Shown here piece by piece: positions 38,501 to 52,334 of a stretch of DNA of 64,000 nt. Below the pieces are notes generated by a model. The model did no database searches and was not told the origin of the DNA. It worked only from the letters and a program-made list of their open reading frames with translations. Both the position numbers and the translations under genes were made by a program. Position 1 is the stretch's first letter, and each line of letters begins with the position of its first letter. Source of the stretch: Rhizophagus irregularis (taxonomy: Eukaryota); the NCBI RefSeq assembly GCF_026210795.1, contig NC_089434.1:2108001-2172000 (forward strand), read 5' to 3'.

Positions 38501-38943
38501 TCTCACCCTTCTCCTAATATCCCTCCTGTCTCTTTGACATCTTCCTTGGCGACAGTTTCCTTGGATTCCTGGGTTTCTTGGGTTTCCTCTTCTATAATCC
38601 GTGGTGGGTCTTGGCTCTCGCACTTGGATTTTTAACGCCGCTTAACAGTTCAGCCTCTACTTAGGATTTCTTTTAGGTAACAGATTGGATCTTAGGGCAT
38701 GCTGGATAGTTGACTCACTCTGGCCTTTGGGTAAAGTTGGGGTATGCGTATTCTGTAATAGTTTAGTTTTTCTTTACTTAATTTTATTTCGTTTAAATTT
38801 CTTTACTTATATGAATCGTGAAGCTAGTTCTTTTTATTTTTTATGTTTATTTTTTATATTTTGTTTGTAATATTGTTCGATTTGCTTATTGTACTTTCGT
38901 TAAAAATTTATAATAAAAGATAAAGTCATAAGACTGTTTGCTC
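32590..38943 (+). mobile_element. 5'-truncated LINE: ORF1 end, then ORF2 with APE endonuclease, RT, RNase H and CCHC; degenerate
   Basis: 15-bp TSD ATAATCACCAAATAT (32575-32589 / 38944-38958). Motifs NVNG, HDGVG, DDFNAD, KASGPS, RPITLLE, QDISKAFD, GIDQGEIISP, YIDGS, KVPAHAD..N..VD.LAK, CPQC..ETLDHLWTC. Confidence 0.92.
38108..38470 (+). repeat. In-frame 183-bp tandem duplication (61 aa) in LINE ORF2
   Basis: GLIPISLTG...GITKK occurs twice, with units starting at 38108 and 38291. Confidence 0.95.
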
Positions 38944-39570
38944 ATAATCACCAAATATGGACTGTCCCAAATGTGTGACTATAAAGAGAGTTGACTGTAT
39001 ATTGTTCGGGGTCCTGTTAATATCCCCCTATCCCTCAATTCTTATAAACCTAAAAGATGGGCCTACATCACTTTTACATCACAACAAATGATGGACACCG
39101 CAATAGAACAAACAATAGCCTTACAAGGTCACAGACTCCAATGGGAATTCCCAGAAAATACCAATAAGCTTTGCCATAGATGCGGCAAACTTGGCTGCAT
39201 CCCTACTGCATACCCATTGAATAACTCTAGAGGTCGCTCACGTACTCGCAACCCTGTTGCACATTTAAAAGAACACTTCCATATTGGCCAATTTAATAAT
39301 AATAACTCTTCTGCTAATCACAGTAGACAACGCTCCTATTCTCAATCCAAGGATCGTTCCAACTCTTGGCAGCGTAATAACTCAGCTAATAATGCCGGAC
39401 GAAATAATAGCAATATTAATAATACCTCCTCACCCAATTCTACTAATTCCACTAATCCCAAACAATTTGCTCAACAGCTTTGATCCAATGAGCGTAAAGG
39501 CAAAGACCATTCAGTTTCATTTTCTACTTCTCAGCACAGTAATACCTCCGCACCTAACTCATCTAACCAT

Positions 39571-41455
39571 TTATTTATTTATTTATTTTATGCGAAGCAG
39601 GCAGGGGATATAACAAAGGGTATGATTCCGAAGTAATACAACCTGAATAGATCCTACCATCGATTTCCAGAGGAGCCGGAAGCCAACCCTAACTACTTGA
39701 AAATAAAAGACCTGTACCACTACCACGTCCGATAAAGGTCCAGGCAAACACACTGGGTAAAAAAAGGAGGGGGAAAGAAAGTGGAGAGGACAAGTCCTCT
39801 TTTCAAGAAATTCAGTACAAACGCATAAATCTATTCTATCCTAAAAAATAATACAATTCTGAAAGTCGTAAAACCGCTAATAAAAGTGTAGGCTAAACTA
39901 GTTTCTGTAATAAAGTTAAAATCTCTGCTAAAACCACCATGTTATCTTTATTACCACCCTTTTTCTTCGAGAAATTCTTTGCCTTCTTCTGAGTTTTCGG
40001 GTGTTTCTCCTCCTGGTTATTATTTTTCGGGACTTTCTTCGAGGATGTAGGTTTATCCTTCTTCTTAGGCTGATTACTTTCCAAATTCTTATCAGACTTA
40101 CCTGATTTTTTCAGATTCGGTGTATTTTTAGCCTTTGGTTTATTTTGTGCTTTCTTCAAGGTAGGAATGGAGTGTCAACACCATTTCAACTCCTTACCAT
40201 CAGGTACGAAAAACTGTGGCGTATCTAAGGCCCTTAGTGTGGTCTCCCAATTCTCGAAATAGGCCACAAGTTTCCTCCTTCCTTTACTTGTTTGAATTAC
40301 TTTAAATGAGCTAGCACCGCACTTCATTAAAAATTCACATGGTTTACGGTCCATCCACAAGGTAGCCATCGTAATAATGGCTTGGAACTTTTCACGTTGT
40401 TTTCTTTCTCGTAAAGTCCAACTTGCAGGGAACCATCTAACGGGTATACCTCCCAGGTCTGTCGTCCAATATTTATTAAACTGGGGAAGGGCAAATGAGG
40501 ATAGTGCTATCTTGACTCTAAGAGTCTGATACTTGTGTTGAAAATTTTAACTCTGCTATTATTTTCTGCAGGTTCCAGGTATACGGGATATCGTAAACTA
40601 TAATGTCTCGGATTTGCTCTTGCTCCTCTCCGATAGCTTCGTATCCTGTCAGTATCTGTGTAGCCTCTGGTTCGGATGATTTCTGTCCCTTTTGGGAATT
40701 TTTGGCTGATGTTTTCACATCAGGTTTTGCCTTTGTAGATTGGTTCGCAACTTGTTTATCATCTGTAACACGCGCCTTTTGTTTATCTTTCTTCCGGGAA
40801 TTTTCGGGTATTACAGTTTGATTAACAGGGGGCATTACTATATCAGGCATTGATGGAAGCTTGATAGGTACTGGATTTGGTGGCATTTGAAATCCTTGGC
40901 GTAAAAGTTCATCTACATCGGGCTCAAGCGGATATGACTCATCCATCAGATAATCATCAGTATTCTGAGATCCATCATCATCGTCGTCATCATCATCACC
41001 TGTATCGCCAAAATTGAGATAGAATTGGGTAGAAAAATTATCCCAAGACTTGGACATAGCATATAGCGCTATAGAAAATATTAGCGAAAGGGTGGTGGGT
41101 TGCATATTCGTAGCTTGAGCTTGTGAAGTGAAGTTCGCAGGGTTGGCTGTCTCACCAAACCTCTGTATCAGTAACTGGGCTTTATCCTTAGGTACTGAGG
41201 GGTTTTTTTCAAATAAGTCCTTGAGGAAACCGTCCTGTACAAATGAACTTAAGTGATATGTGCAAGTTTGAAAATATATTTTGTTAAACTTAGAAACGAA
41301 GTCTAAAGCTTCTTCATTTGATGTTCGGCTCTTATCCATAGACATTTTTTATATTTATGTAATAAAATTTAATAAAGGGGATTATTTTTTAAAAAAAATT
41401 ATTACGCAGAAATTTTCGTAAAAAATGTATTCGGGAAAGAGTTCAATTAGAATTC
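39571..41455 (-). mobile_element. ORF1-only non-autonomous retroposon, copy 2
   Basis: 18-bp TSD CCTAACTCATCTAACCAT (39553-39570 / 41456-41473), (TAAA)n tail, ORFs 40518-41345, 40175-40369 and 39893-40159 match copy 1. Confidence 0.9.
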
Positions 41456-43443
41456 CCTAACTCATCTAACCATAATCTTCCTTTGGTCAATCCCAATTGC
41501 CCCCAAATTCAAGAAATCCTTTCAGTGCTTAAAAGCCTTCAAGAAGATATGGCTAGTGTATGTGTTAAAATACATGCTCTTGAATTGGCTGACCAAAGGA
41601 TGTCTCAGCTAGAACTTCGTGTTTTTAGACATAAGCAAGATGATGTTCTCACACCTGATTCAAATTATTCTCCACACATGCTAGTTGACAATCACCAAAG
41701 CACCCCCTTATATAACACAATCTAACCTGTCCACATCGAACATGTCCTTTTCTGGCCCAGTTCTCCCTCCTCCAACGGTCCCAGTTTCCCACTCCATCAC
41801 TCCCTTCTCTCCCATCCCTGTAACTGCTGATGAAGATACTATTAATAAAGAACACGCTGAAATTTATTCCTTTCAACGATCTTTAGATAACAAATTCAAT
41901 CACTTATTTGGCTCTATTGAAAAATTTATTAGCTCAATTTCTGGTGGCTCTTCCTCAGACCAAGTCAATAAGACTTTGTCTGATTAATTTGTTATCCCAT
42001 CCTTTCACCCTGCAGTTTTTATCATAGTGCAATAATGATAAACAATAATATAGATTATGATACTTTTGTGCAAAACCCCCCTAACCCTGTAGATTTTGTT
42101 AATATTTTCAATGATTCTTTATCTGATACATTATTTTCTTTCTCAACCCCAATTTCCCCCATTTCCAAATCTTTTAATATTTCCTCTTTTAATGTTAATG
42201 GTCTTAAATCCCCTGATCAAGGTTTTTTTAAAATGAACCAAATTTCCTTCTTCTTTTCTCAAAACCATATTTCCTTTGGCGGTATTGTTGATACTCATCT
42301 ATCACCAAACAAATGAAATTTTTATCTAAATGAGTTTGTGATTTTACTTCTTTTCATTCTGATTTGGATTCTACTAAACACAGCCATTCTTCTGGTGGTG
42401 TTTCTTTGTTTATACACAACTCTTTAGCTACCCATGTTCAATTCTATCAATCCCATTCTTCACGAATCCTTTTTGTAGATTTATTTTTTAAAGGCAATGT
42501 TAAATTATGTATTTTTGTTATCTATATCCCTCCTACAAATGATCTTGTTCTCCGTTATGAAGTCATAGATCAATTAATTTCCCTCTTATCTCAATCTTCT
42601 TCACAAAATTTTCACCATGCTATTTGTAGCGATTTTAATATGAATTTGGAAAAATATTATCCTATATTTTTGCACCAACCTCAGGTTGCTGCTAAACGAA
42701 TTCATAAATTATTTCATTATTTACTTTCTCATAATTATGAAGATTGTACCCCCTTAATTTGTCAGGTACCTTAGGTACTTACCACCATTTGGACACTATT
42801 ACCCGCATTGACTTTGTTTGGTCTTGTCTGCTTCTTCATCGTTATATGTTAACAGCAACCATTTTTGATGTCTATGATATACACATTTTTAACTACAATC
42901 CTATTATTATCACCTATTTTGACGCTTCTTTACTGTCAGATGCTATTAAATCTGCTCGTGCTCATCAACTTGGTCGTAATTCTCAACGCATTTTTAAATA
43001 TGATTCTACCTCTACTAAACAATGGACCGCTTTTGCTGAAGAATTAGATATACTATGCCCAATCGATCCACTTGTTTTTGATGCTTGGCCGCTCAACCAA
43101 AAGTGTGAATATCTTCATTCTAGGATTATTAAAGCTGCTAAATCCAAGTTGTTATCCTCTATTGTAGGTAATACTTATACTCCAAAGAAGCCTAAAGACT
43201 TGGAAAGTTTATGCCAGTCTTACCGTTTTTTATCTAAAGTGGCTAAGACTATCCGGTCTCTTTACAAAACCCCTACTTTATATTCTGTTACTTTTGAAAC
43301 CAAATGGTCTTCATACTATATACATCTTAATAATCTTCTTTTTATTCACAAACAAACTTTTGTTACTTCTATTGTTTTTCCTCCTTTCCTTCGTGATGAA
43401 ATAATTGATGATTTTGCTAATTTACTTCAAGTATTAGAGAATA

Positions 43444-44246
43444 CACTGCCCTACAATAAATTACCGGATTTGACAAAATTTGCATAGCAATTTTCATGTT
43501 GCATATAAGTTTACGAATTTTTAATAAAATTCAGCCAGAATTTTTTTATTTGAAAGCTGATCATAAATAGTTTTTATGTATCAAAATAAATAAATATGAT
43601 TAATTATAAATATAAAAAAGTTTTCTCATTGCAAAATAATATAAAAAATTATGAAATTCACACTTTTTTTCAGCAATGGGTCAACTCTTTAAAATTTTAA
43701 AAAATTTTCTTTATTTTTTAATACATGAAAGCTACAATCGATTGGCTTTCAAACAAAAAAAGTTTGACTGAATTTTGTAGAAAATTCGTTAAGTTTCATA
43801 TAGACTAAAATTTGTCAATTATTATTAATTTTACTATGTAATTACAAATTTTTATAAGATTTATTAGTAAAATTGTTTATTTTCGGGCTATATGAAACTT
43901 TATGAATTCTCAATAAAATTTAGTCAAACTTTTTTTATTTGAAAGCCAATCAATTGTAGCTTTCATATATTAAAAAATAAAGAAAAATTTCTAAAATTTT
44001 AAAGAGTTGACCTATTGCTGAAAAAAAGTGTGAATTTCATAATTTTTTATATTATTTTGCAATGAGAAAACTTTTTTATATTTATAATAATTATATTTAT
44101 TTATTTTGATACATAAAAACTATCTACAATCAGCTTTCAAATAAAAAAATTCTGGCTGAATTTTATTAAAAATTTGTAAACTTATATGCAACATGAAAAT
44201 TGCTATATAAATTTTGTCAAATCCAGTAATTTATTGTAGAAGAGTG
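43444..44246. mobile_element. Tc1/mariner-type foldback MITE
   Basis: TA|CACTGCCCTACAATAAATTACCGGA ... TCCAGTAATTTATTGTAGAAGAGTG|TA with arms of several hundred bp. Removing it rejoins LINE ORF2 (LENMTLLLRS). Confidence 0.9.
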
Positions 44247-45997
44247 TATGACTTTGCTTTTGCGTAGTCTGCTTTACTTAAAGAAAAAGAGTTCCAAACC
44301 TCCTCTATTCAAGCCAAAATTGATGCTCAGAATGATAATTTCACAAATGATATTTCTACCTTTATCGATTCTGCTCTGTCACGAACTAGACGGTGAATAG
44401 TTCTTGATCGTATTTTTGTTGATCATCCAACACACCCCACTTTATTAACTTCTCCAGATGCTATTGATCAGGAAGTCATTAATCATTTCCAAAATTTTGT
44501 TCCAATTACTTCCACACCTCCTTCCTCTATTCAGGATTTGTCTGAACGATGGTCTAATGCTTACGCGCCACTCGCCAATGTCTCTCTGGCTATTTTTGAT
44601 TCACTTATGGATTCCCCTACCCTTGATGAATGGTCTTCAACGATTTCTTCCATGCCTAATAATAAGGCTCCAGGACCTTCTATGATCTCGTATGAGATGT
44701 TAAAACATCTTGGACCCTCTGCTTCTTCTCTCCTTCTTAATTTAATTTGCGCATGTTTATCAGATGCAAATGTTCTGGATTTATGGAGGCAAGCTACCGT
44801 CTTTCCCATTCTGAAACCACATGAATGGAAATGTCAACTTAAGAATACACGTCCCATTATTCTATTGGAAGTCATTCGTAAGGCTTTGGTTAAACTTTTT
44901 TATAATTGTTTGGCTCCTTTATTGGCCTCCCATCATGTTCTTCAAGGTGGCAATTTTGCAGGTTTGCCTGGAGGTTCTTGCTGTAATCCCATTATCACTT
45001 TGGAATCCATTATTCACGATTCGGTAGTCACTAAACAGCCTTTATGGATCCTTTCCCAAGATATTTCTAAGGCATTTGATTCTGTAGACCTTACTATGTT
45101 GAGATTTGCCCTTCAATGCTTACGTCTACCACATGCTGCTATTCAATTCTTATTCTCACTATTTATGTCACGTTCTAATCATATCATTACTGCACATGGC
45201 CCTACTCTGCCATACAGAGTACGAATAGGTATAGACCAAGGCGAAGTCATTTTTCCACTTCTATGAGTTATTTATTTAGACCCTTTGCTCACAGTCCTTA
45301 AAGATAAAAAGCACGATCCTTATCAATTAGTCTCTTCAATAGCTCCCTGTACCTCATCGTTAGATTTTTGTCCTTTTGACGTTTTAGAAGTTAATAACTT
45401 GGTGTTTATAGATGATTCTACTTTGATCTCTTTTTCTAAAGAAGAAATGGAACATATGCTGTCTATTACTGAAGAATTTTATTGTTTGAATAACACTTCA
45501 GCCAACCATGACAAATATGTCTTTGCTATTTCTCAAACCTCATCTCCTATAGCTTTTAACTTATTAACCTCGTCGCTTAATAAAACCCCAGTATTACTAT
45601 TACTCCTATCCCTATATCCTCATCTTTTCATTTTTTGGGTGTCTGGTTCAATATCAATAGCTCTAGGAAATTTATCCAGCGACAACTTAAATAAGAATGT
45701 AATTCATTCTCTGCAATACTTCGCCTTGCAAAATTAACTATTCAACAAGTGATTTATCTTTATAATACTGTCTTGATCCCCAAGCTGGATTACTGAATGC
45801 AAGTTATGCATTTATCTGAGGCTGAATATTCTACTATTACTTTTTCAGTTCATATCTTAGTTAAACACAAGGCTAAATTATCTCGTTCTGTTCCTAATGT
45901 GGTGTTATATTTATCACAAGCTTTGGGTTTGATCAATTTATTTTCATTTCAACAACAGGGTCATTTTACTAATTTATTTTTATTAGTAAATTCTATA

Positions 45998-46145
45998 CAT
46001 GCTGCCCAAATTATTTTGGGATGCTATAATTCATTCGGTTTATATATAATTTACTATGTAAAGTGCCAAAATAATTTGGGATGCCATAATTGAATTTAGG
46101 ATTTTACTTATAATTACGGCAGTCCAAAATAATTTGGGTGGCATG
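45998..46145. mobile_element. Small MITE, TA TSD
   Basis: TA|CATGCTGCCCAAATTATTTTGG ... CCAAAATAATTTGGGTGGCATG|TA. Confidence 0.8.
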
Positions 46146-48859
46146 TATAGTATTTATGAAATCTCTTTTCAATTATAGATTGCGGTTTATTCAATTTTAT
46201 TGTTTAATCCCTATTTCCCCTTTGATGGTTTTGGATTGAACTTGTTGGTCTTCTCTTAGAATTTTCAAACAAGATTATATCGCTAATACTTTAGCTTCGC
46301 TGATCTCAACTTCCTTCCGCCTATTACGCGCTAATTTGTCACCTGTGCCTGATTTAACTTACCCTAATGGTCATACTCCCATTTATCAATGCCTTTCTTT
46401 GGATGTGTTTAAGGTTAATTTGGCATGACTTCGAAAACATGGTCTATTTTATTTATCGCAGCTTTTAATGCCTCAGGGTACACATTTACTTTCTTGGCTG
46501 TCATTTATGCTAACTCTATTCAAAAACGTGGTAATGTCTGTATCCCCAACTGGTATCACAATCTTTTTGCTAATGTCACTATCCCGGATAAGTTTGGTCT
46601 GTTGCAAGATCGATTTATGACTGAACAACGACCTTTAAGCCAAATTGCAAAAGAACTAGCTCCTTGTACTTCTCCTCCTGGTTATAAGAAAAACTGGATT
46701 GTCACGTTGAATAACAATGGCCTCCCTTTATTTGGTAAACAGATTCAAATCCAACCCAAGCATTCTACTTGTACTATTGTATATTGGACCTCAGACTGCT
46801 TATTCTGTCCGAACGATTTGATTACCTACAATCTTGTCCTGGCTGTAATTTGAATATAAATAAATCTTCCTACTCAAAGAAATCAGTTGCTACTAGTTCT
46901 GTGGCTTGCTCCTATTCGGTTTTTCTTCTTCAGTCATGGATTTTGCCTATGAAGAAATCATCCATTATGAATCACACATCCCGCTTGTCTGCTACGGTGT
47001 CATGGGCTGAAATTATGGATTATGTTATTTTAAATTGTAATCACTCCGCTTGTTTAGTGCTAGCTGCTGATATTCCTTGTACTTCTATTGGCACCATTGA
47101 TTTGGCTTCACCTGCTTCACCTTTACTCATAGCTGGCGATGTTGCTGCATCAGATTCGCATTATACCTTTACACTAATGGTTCTCTTATTAATTTAGGAA
47201 CTAGTGATGTCTCTATAGGTTAGGGCTGGGTTCAAATTGTTAAAGATTCTGGCTTTCTTAACTCCATAAACTGGGTATTATTCACAATTGGCCTTCCTCT
47301 TTTCAAGCCAAAGCTGCTGCTATTTATGCAGCTTTGTCAGCTTCTCCTGCAAATTCAGTTATTCATATTTATACTGATTCACAGACTTTCATTGAGGGTT
47401 TGAAACATTGCTTTTAATCTGATTATTTAGATTCCCATCTTTATTATAAGACCACCAACTTTGAACTCTGGGCTATCATTCAAAAACTGATCGTTGACAA
47501 AAACCTTTCATGACTTTGCTGACTCTTTAGCTAATACAGCACACATATCTGAGGACGCTGTTCTTATTTCTCGCCTTGACCTAGTCGCAGTTCATGATTA
47601 TATTTTGGTCTACGGTGACGTAGTCTGTGAATCTAATCCAAGGCATTTGTTTAAGCAATATTATCAAATGTTATATATAAAGACCTTTTAGATCTTTCTT
47701 GTTTCCGTTTTATCTCTTTACTAATGGACTCATCTCAGTATCTGGTCAATTGGGCTCTTACTTGGTACACATTAATGTTTCAACCTAAATATGATAACTT
47801 TTTCACTAAGGAAAATGTTTTCAGACATCATACGATGAAATTTCAACTCTTCCTGGAAGATTTACCCACTTTGGAATCCCTCAAAAGGACGCGACCTGAT
47901 TTATATGTAGAAATTCTTACCTGTCGCTCTTGTGAAAACCAACTTAAAGACTTTATGTACTTATTTATGTGCAAGAAGTGCCATTCTAAATTACAACAAA
48001 TCTTGACATCATATCTCAACCATCTTATCCAAAAACTTAAAGAAGCGAGTGATACCGCCAATTGTAATTATTCCTCTCAGATTGATAGGATCACTTCCCT
48101 CCTTTGTTGGACTTTTTCGTCTAGTAACTGGTCCTCCTATAGTCTGGTCCGTGGCTGTCTGCCCACCGCTTTCTTAGAATCCTTTGAAAATTTAGGTATT
48201 CCTCATCTTACCGCCATGAATGTGGTCGCTGCCATTCACAATAATTTTGTCAACAAATTCTGTAAACGAATTTGGAATTCACGTTTGTATAATAAAGGCA
48301 TATGGGAACATGCGATAAACATTACTTCAAAACTTAAACAGTCTTCAAGACCTAAAGGTTTGTCCAAATCTTCTTATTTACCTTACTCATCTTTACCACC
48401 TCTGACCCATGTTGATTCACGTGACTCCAGAACCAATTGGTTAATGAACTCGATGAAATATAGATTATCTTGGTTTAATCATATGTCAGGTTTTATGGGT
48501 CGTCTAATGATGCTACTTAATAACAGCTTTTGCAGGATGGAGTGTCAATTTTAATAGTGGGCGCGTCATTCGTTATTATGTTAGCATAGTTGCTTCTACT
48601 TTGGTTGGAATATATCAAGGGAGGAGATCTAGGAAGTGTTAGTATTAGCGATTTTTCTTTTGAATTTTCTTTTAATTTTAATTTATTTCTAGGAGACTAT
48701 ATAGCTTTGTTTTTAGTTAGTTTTTATTTTATTTTCTATTTTCTTATATATGTAAATTTGTAAAGTTTGATAAATAATTAATAAAGATAAAGGCTGCTAT
48801 ACCATGTTTGCCCGAAAGTGTAACTTATGACCTGTTTTGGAGATATCCGGGGTCCTACT

Positions 48860-49887
48860 AGGACCCTGAACAATATATATAAAGGTAGGTTTTGAGTTTG
48901 CTAAACCAACATATAAAAATTTTTCCTATGTGAGATTTATTATTGCTTATTTGATACCATAATTTTTAAATAGTCAAATATAATTATGCGTAGCAGAGTA
49001 TTAAATTATTAATAGTCAGATATATATTTGCGTAGCAGGATAGATTTTTTTAATATATATATATAATATAATATATATTTACATTTTTTACTATAAACAT
49101 GTTTGTGTAAAAAAAATTTACTATTTTTAATACAAAGAATAAGTTAATTGTATACGTAATACAGGAAACATTTTTAGACGTGATTGTGTAACGTGTTTAT
49201 GATAAAACAAAAAATTATAAATCATATATGTGTCTGTGTAATAGTAAAAAAATATATATTGAAAATGAGAGCAAGAAAAATAAGTGTTTTTCTGTTTTTT
49301 TATAATTTTACACTATAATTTTTGTAATAATCGGTAAAAGTTATTTCATTTTTACTTAGAAAATTTTTTAAAAATATTTTTTTTGACAAATTTTACAGTA
49401 AATTTTAAAAATAAAAATTCCGCATATTGGTGGCGTTACAAAAAACATGAATATATCCATAAATATCTATTCAATCATAATAAAAATTTATATGTAAGTA
49501 GATTCAAACCTGCTAAACAACTTTACTTAAGAAGATTTTGGATGTTTCCTTTGACTAAAGTGCCTAAATTACGCTTTGAAGTCACAGAACAGATATACGA
49601 AATATTAATAAGAAACATTTATAAGTTGTAATATTACAAAAAAATAATAATAGCTTTATCCATACTTTATTTCAAAAATTTTTGTTTTTTTAGTTTTTTT
49701 TATATACATATTTTATAAAAAAAATTATATATAAATATATATATGTCATAAAATAAATTGCTTAGCAATGTAAAAAATTTATGGGTTAGATAAAAGTTTG
49801 CTTAGCAGACATGAAAAATATTTGCTTATTGACCTTAGTAAATTTTGAATTTTTTATCTGACCTATATATATATTGTTCAGGGTCCT
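48860..49887. mobile_element. Non-autonomous DNA transposon, 8-bp TSD
   Basis: 22-bp TIR AGGACCCTGAACAATATATATA; flanks GTCCTACT / GTCCTATT. Confidence 0.85.
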
Positions 49888-51782
49888 GTCCTATTCGATA
49901 TATTAGTTTTTGACTAGTGATATGCAATTGTATGAATTAAAATGCTAGATATTTTAAAGAAACCTACTATAATAAGTTTTTTATAGAGATTAAACAAATA
50001 AATTTAAAACATCAAATCACTGGATATTTGCATTCATAAAAAATATAATTTATTTTAGTAATGGCAAACTAATATTTTACTAAAACTTCTATTATAAACT
50101 AATAAAATAGTGAAAAATTTCTAAGAGTTTGCCATTTACCTTAAAACTGAAAAATTATTTATAATAAATTCTATATATATAAATATAAGTATTATTACTA
50201 AAAAAAACTATAATATTAGAAATCTATACTTGATAATAAAATTAAAGTATTTATAAATCTTTCAATACTTTTAAAAAAGTAAAATTTTAAAAAATAAACT
50301 GGTAATTTTATTTTTCAAAATAAGTACTATTAAATTATTAGTTAGATTTTTAAAATAATATCTATATAAAAAGTTATAAGTATTTAAATTTAGTAATTTT
50401 TATATAATTAAAATAAAAAATTATATAATTTCAATTTTATTTAACTAAATTTTTAATATTCAATTATTAAATAAATTTAAAATAGTAAAATTTATTTCAA
50501 ATTTTAAATTTAACCTATTATCAATTCAATTTTTCAAAATAAATGTTGCATTTTTAGTGATTTTTACTTATTTTATTTAAAATTATTAATAAATTTTTAT
50601 TAGTTATATGATAAACCAAAAATTTAAAATATCATTGAATATATATACTTCTAGTATTATATTAGATTTTCTTCACAAAAAGATTTCTATTTGAAAATTT
50701 TTCCAAATATAATTTTTGATAATATCTATAATTTATCTATTAGACTCATAAGATATATTTGCAGGTAAATAGAATGCAAATTATTTATTATAGGTTTGAT
50801 TTTTGTAATTTTCTCTTTAAATAATTTCTTTTAAGTATAATTAAGAAAAAAAATAATAATTTATTTATTATTTTTTCTATGAAATTATTATCAGTTTGTA
50901 AAATAAAAATTTATATTAAATTTCATTTTATTGGTTTATTATTAATTATTTTTATATTTTGATGATTACATCCTTCTGAGTGAATATGATAGCTTATAAT
51001 AATTTGTTTGTATGGTATATAAACTTAATATCAATAAAGCATATATAAATTATTAAAAAAAAAAAAAAATTAATTATTTTATATAATTTAATGTATTCAG
51101 ATAAACATTTATAAAATTTAATATTGTTATAAAAATAATATTGAATTTAAATGATTTTATTTTTATACTTTAAATATTATTAAATTGGAAAAACATATAA
51201 TTTTATTTTTAATTTTAATTTAAATTCTTAATTATATTTTATCAGATGTAAGCCAAATAATAAAAATGTAATATTGTAAAAAAAACTTAAGAAATTATAT
51301 TAATTAACCTTATTTCTTATTTTTAATATTATATTATTAGTTATTTTCAGAAACTTCAAGTTTTTAAATGATATCATTTTGATATCATTTTGATATTGAT
51401 TCAATATCGATTTAATATCGATATGATATCGAAATAAAATATTATCATTTTAATATCAAAATGATATCAAAATAGTATCAAAATGTAGTAGTACAATCTG
51501 AAATCCAGTCAATTCAGATTGATCTGATCATCTGAATTGAAATTTGAATTACATATAAAAAATCGAAATGATTAATGTCAAAAAAAAAATTTTCATTTCA
51601 CAATTTCATAGTTCAATGTCGACATTCTCACGTTTGTTTATTTAAAGAGATTTTTTTCACATTACTTTTGACTATATATAAATATAAATCATGTTCCTTT
51701 TATCTATGCTCCTTTTTAAAGGTCAAACCTTTTTTCAACCTAATTCTACCCTTCTATTTCAATATCCTACTACCTTCACGAC

Positions 51783-52162
51783 TAAGGATAGTCACCGGTC
51801 CTAGAAGACCGCGGTTTTACCAGTTCTACACCCTAAAAAGATGGACCAGTCTATCTCGCGTAGGACTGTGGTCTTTCAGTCCTGGGCTAATTCTGGCCAG
51901 ATACATAGTGTCGGCTGGAATTACTAAATATGGCAATCACGTAATCCCGGGTAAATAGTTTAGCCACCAGGCAAAAAATTTTTTACTGGTTCTGTCATTG
52001 TAATACAAATTTTTTTGTGTTACACTTACTTGTAATTCTGGCCGGCATTATAAGTTCAGCCTGAATTAACAGCAGGATCGAAAAGACCGAAAAACCACAG
52101 TCTGTCTTAAGACCGGCAGTCCTGGGACCGAATAGAACCAGTAAGACCGATGACCATCTTTA
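51783..52162. mobile_element. hAT MITE nested in B
   Basis: 8-bp TSD TTCACGAC; TIR TAAGGATAGTCACCGGTC / GACCGATGACCATCTTTA; GACCG repeats. Confidence 0.85.
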
Positions 52163-52334
52163 TTCACGACCCTTTGAGAATTTTACCACTTTTTTATCTA
52201 GCAAAAGCCTTTTCTATGGAGAATTTTGATTATTATCCTGGTGAAGATTTTGACTTTAATCCTATTTTGGAACTACAGAACCAGACGTCTGGAAGTTTTG
52301 ATATTCCACATGAAACTTTTTGTTTGCCTGCAAC

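Larger units (their letters stand above)
39016..48813 (+). mobile_element. Second LINE (ORF1 with zinc knuckle 39016-41987; ORF2 42035-48554), degenerate, three insertions
   Basis: CHRCGKLGC knuckle; FNVNGLKS, SGGV, SDFN, RIDFVW; KAPGPS, QDISKAFD, GIDQGE, FIDDS; CRSC..LFMC; 3' motif shared with the other LINE copies. Confidence 0.9.
5344..49919. mobile_element. Putative CACTA-type non-autonomous element whose termini enclose the whole nested cluster
   Basis: Left (T)ACTGGTCAAAAACTA[LINE]ATATATC and the reverse complement of the right end, CACTAGTCAAAAACTAATATATC. Both are flanked by ATA, a 3-bp TSD. Pairing of the two ends is inferred. Confidence 0.45.
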
